Part shown: one piece after another, positions 62,666 to 64,000 of the stretch
Layout: each line of letters starts with the position of its first letter
Numbering within the stretch: the first letter of the stretch is position 1
Assembly: GCA_965603825.1 (NCBI GenBank)
Contig: CBFDEM010000032.1
Span: forward strand, 186,001 to 250,000
DNA: 64,000 bases
Source: Blepharisma stoltei ATCC 30299
Lineage: Eukaryota; Protista; Ciliophora
Direction: 5' to 3'
Notes under the pieces: model-generated
The model's database searches: none
Seen by the model: the letters and a program-made list of their open reading frames with translations, nothing else
What the model was told of the DNA's origin: nothing
Position numbers and translations under genes: made by a program

Positions 62666-63580
62666 ATGATAAGCACTATTCCTGTTCAACCATCATATTC
62701 CATTGGGAAACAAAAACGGTTTGGACTTAGCTCAGCTATTTATAATGCTCCTGGGCCAGCTGCCTATAATATTCCAAGAGATCTAGCCAAGCGTTCTTCG
62801 TCTTTTACAAGAGCTAAAAAACATGCAGCTATGCCTAATGGAAATCCAGGGCCTGCAAGTTATAATACTCCGGCAAAGATAGGAGAAGGGCCTAGGGCTA
62901 TTATAATCTCAAGAAAATCTATGAGAAACCAAGAAATGATCCCAGGGCCTGCGGATTATTCGCCGAAGTATCTTAAAAGAAATATCAGTTATTCAATGAG
63001 AAGCAAATCAAGTGGAAAAAATGACGAAAACCTTCCTGGGCCTGGAGCTTATAGTGGAAACCCAGTCAAACCAAACTCGCCAAGGGCTACAATTGGGAGA
63101 GCTAGAAGATTGTCATTAAATTCTGATACTATAAACCCTGGCCCTGGGGCTTATGAATCTAAATGGGAACGGATAAAGAATCCGAATTATTCCTTTTCTC
63201 ACAGTTCTCGCGATGGGTTTCTGAACACCTCAGTACTAGAAGATGGAAAAGAAAGCGTGCGAACACATAGAAGGATAAAAACTTCCAAAGAAATCACACC
63301 TGGCCCTAGCGATTACGCCCCAAACTATAATTGCAATAAAATTTTATCCCCAAGAGCCGTAGCAGGGAGGTCTGTAAGGGATTCTTGAATAGCAGATAAA
63401 AGCAACCCAGGGCCTGGCAATTACACCCCTAAATCTGACTATTTTTCTCCAAGATTCAGCTTCTCTAGAGACCAAAAAACGCGTGTCACCAAAGATGTTC
63501 CAGGCCCTGGACAATATGATATCCCAAGTACAATCGGGAGCATTAAAAGTACAGCGTCATTGAATAATACATTTTCTTAA
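62666..63580 (+). CDS. SHIPPO (PGP)-repeat ODF3-like microtubule/ciliary protein (~304 aa)
   Basis: Eight PGP-x-x-Y repeats, two of them beyond the TGA at 63386. Confidence 0.88.
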
Positions 63581-63612
63581 GTCTAAATGGTGCTTTATAA
63601 CATTTTTATTGG

Positions 63613-63951
63613 ATGGGAAAGCGCACAAAGAAGGTCGGGATCGTAGGGAAATACGCCACGAGGTACGGAGCTTCACTCAGAAAGATGGTTAAGAAGATCG
63701 AAATCTCTCAGCATGATACTTATGAGTGTGCGTTTTGTGGAAAGAAGACCGTCAAGAGAACTTGTGTAGGCATATGGAAATGCAAGCACTGCTGTAAGAC
63801 TATTGCTGGAGGAGCTTGGGCACCAACAACTGGAGCCGCTCTTACTGCTCGTCACAACATACAAAGGCTGCGCAAGTTAATGCAAACTGGAGCCTCCCAA
63901 ACTACAGAAGCAACCCCACAAGCCCAACCACAAGCTGCAGCTAAGAAGTAA
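63613..63951 (+). CDS. RPL37A: 60S ribosomal protein L37a (eL43) with C-terminal extension
   Basis: [22 protein letters not shown]4 zinc finger, AGGAW. Confidence 0.97.
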   Translation: MGKRTKKVGIVGKYATRYGASLRKMVKKIEISQHDTYECAFCGKKTVKRTCVGIWKCKHCCKTIAGGAWAPTTGAALTARHNIQRLRKLMQTGASQTTEATPQAQPQAAAKK

Positions 63952-64000
63952 TTTAAGAATTTTCACATAGTTGAAGATAAGTTTGCGTTAAAATTATGGG

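Noticed and set aside
27070-63864. Numerous antisense or overlapping ORFs (e.g. 33449-33721, 43597-43995, 52138-52677, 61381-61722, 40750-40938)
   Set aside because: Shadows of real genes on the opposite strand or in another frame.
1-64000. tRNA, rRNA, snRNA, CRISPR arrays or telomeric repeats
   Set aside because: None recognised by eye. A covariance-model scan would be needed to exclude small RNAs.

Overview
AT-rich, gene-dense eukaryotic DNA that reads as a heterotrich ciliate somatic (macronuclear) genome, most likely Blepharisma-like. That assignment is inferred from UGA read as Trp, UAA/UAG as the only stops, and six 15-nt GT-AG introns with an invariant A at position 10. The supplied standard-code ORFs are fragments of about 27 longer genes. 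1-26.7 kb holds an array of five ~1400-aa TmcB/TmcC-like multi-pass membrane proteins with a FixL-like PAS domain. The array includes a ~6-kb tandem duplication (13446-20832 / 20914-26901) that left pseudogene fragments at its junction. One copy is interrupted by a 1716-bp TA-bounded insertion (16277-17992) with 139-bp asymmetric inverted repeats. Removing the insertion exactly restores an intact reading frame, so it is a candidate retained IES or non-autonomous transposon. 26.8-41.3 kb holds an EF-hand/coiled-coil gene, CHMP1, a double p25alpha/TPPP-like protein, a JTB-like protein, a TTLL ligase, hypotheticals and an inverted pair of basic Cys/His proteins. 42-50.3 kb holds three tandem type II membrane DUF229 (alkaline phosphatase/sulfatase superfamily) proteins ending in an MGAT5-like Cys-rich module. 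50.3-64 kb holds a CFAP97-like gene, a 77-aa 2-TM microprotein, a DnaJ, an ArfGAP lacking its catalytic Arg, an LpxB-like mitochondrial protein, a methyltransferase, U2AF2, a Rab5/22-type GTPase, a SHIPPO-repeat protein and RPL37A. All family calls come from motif recognition by eye; no searches were run.
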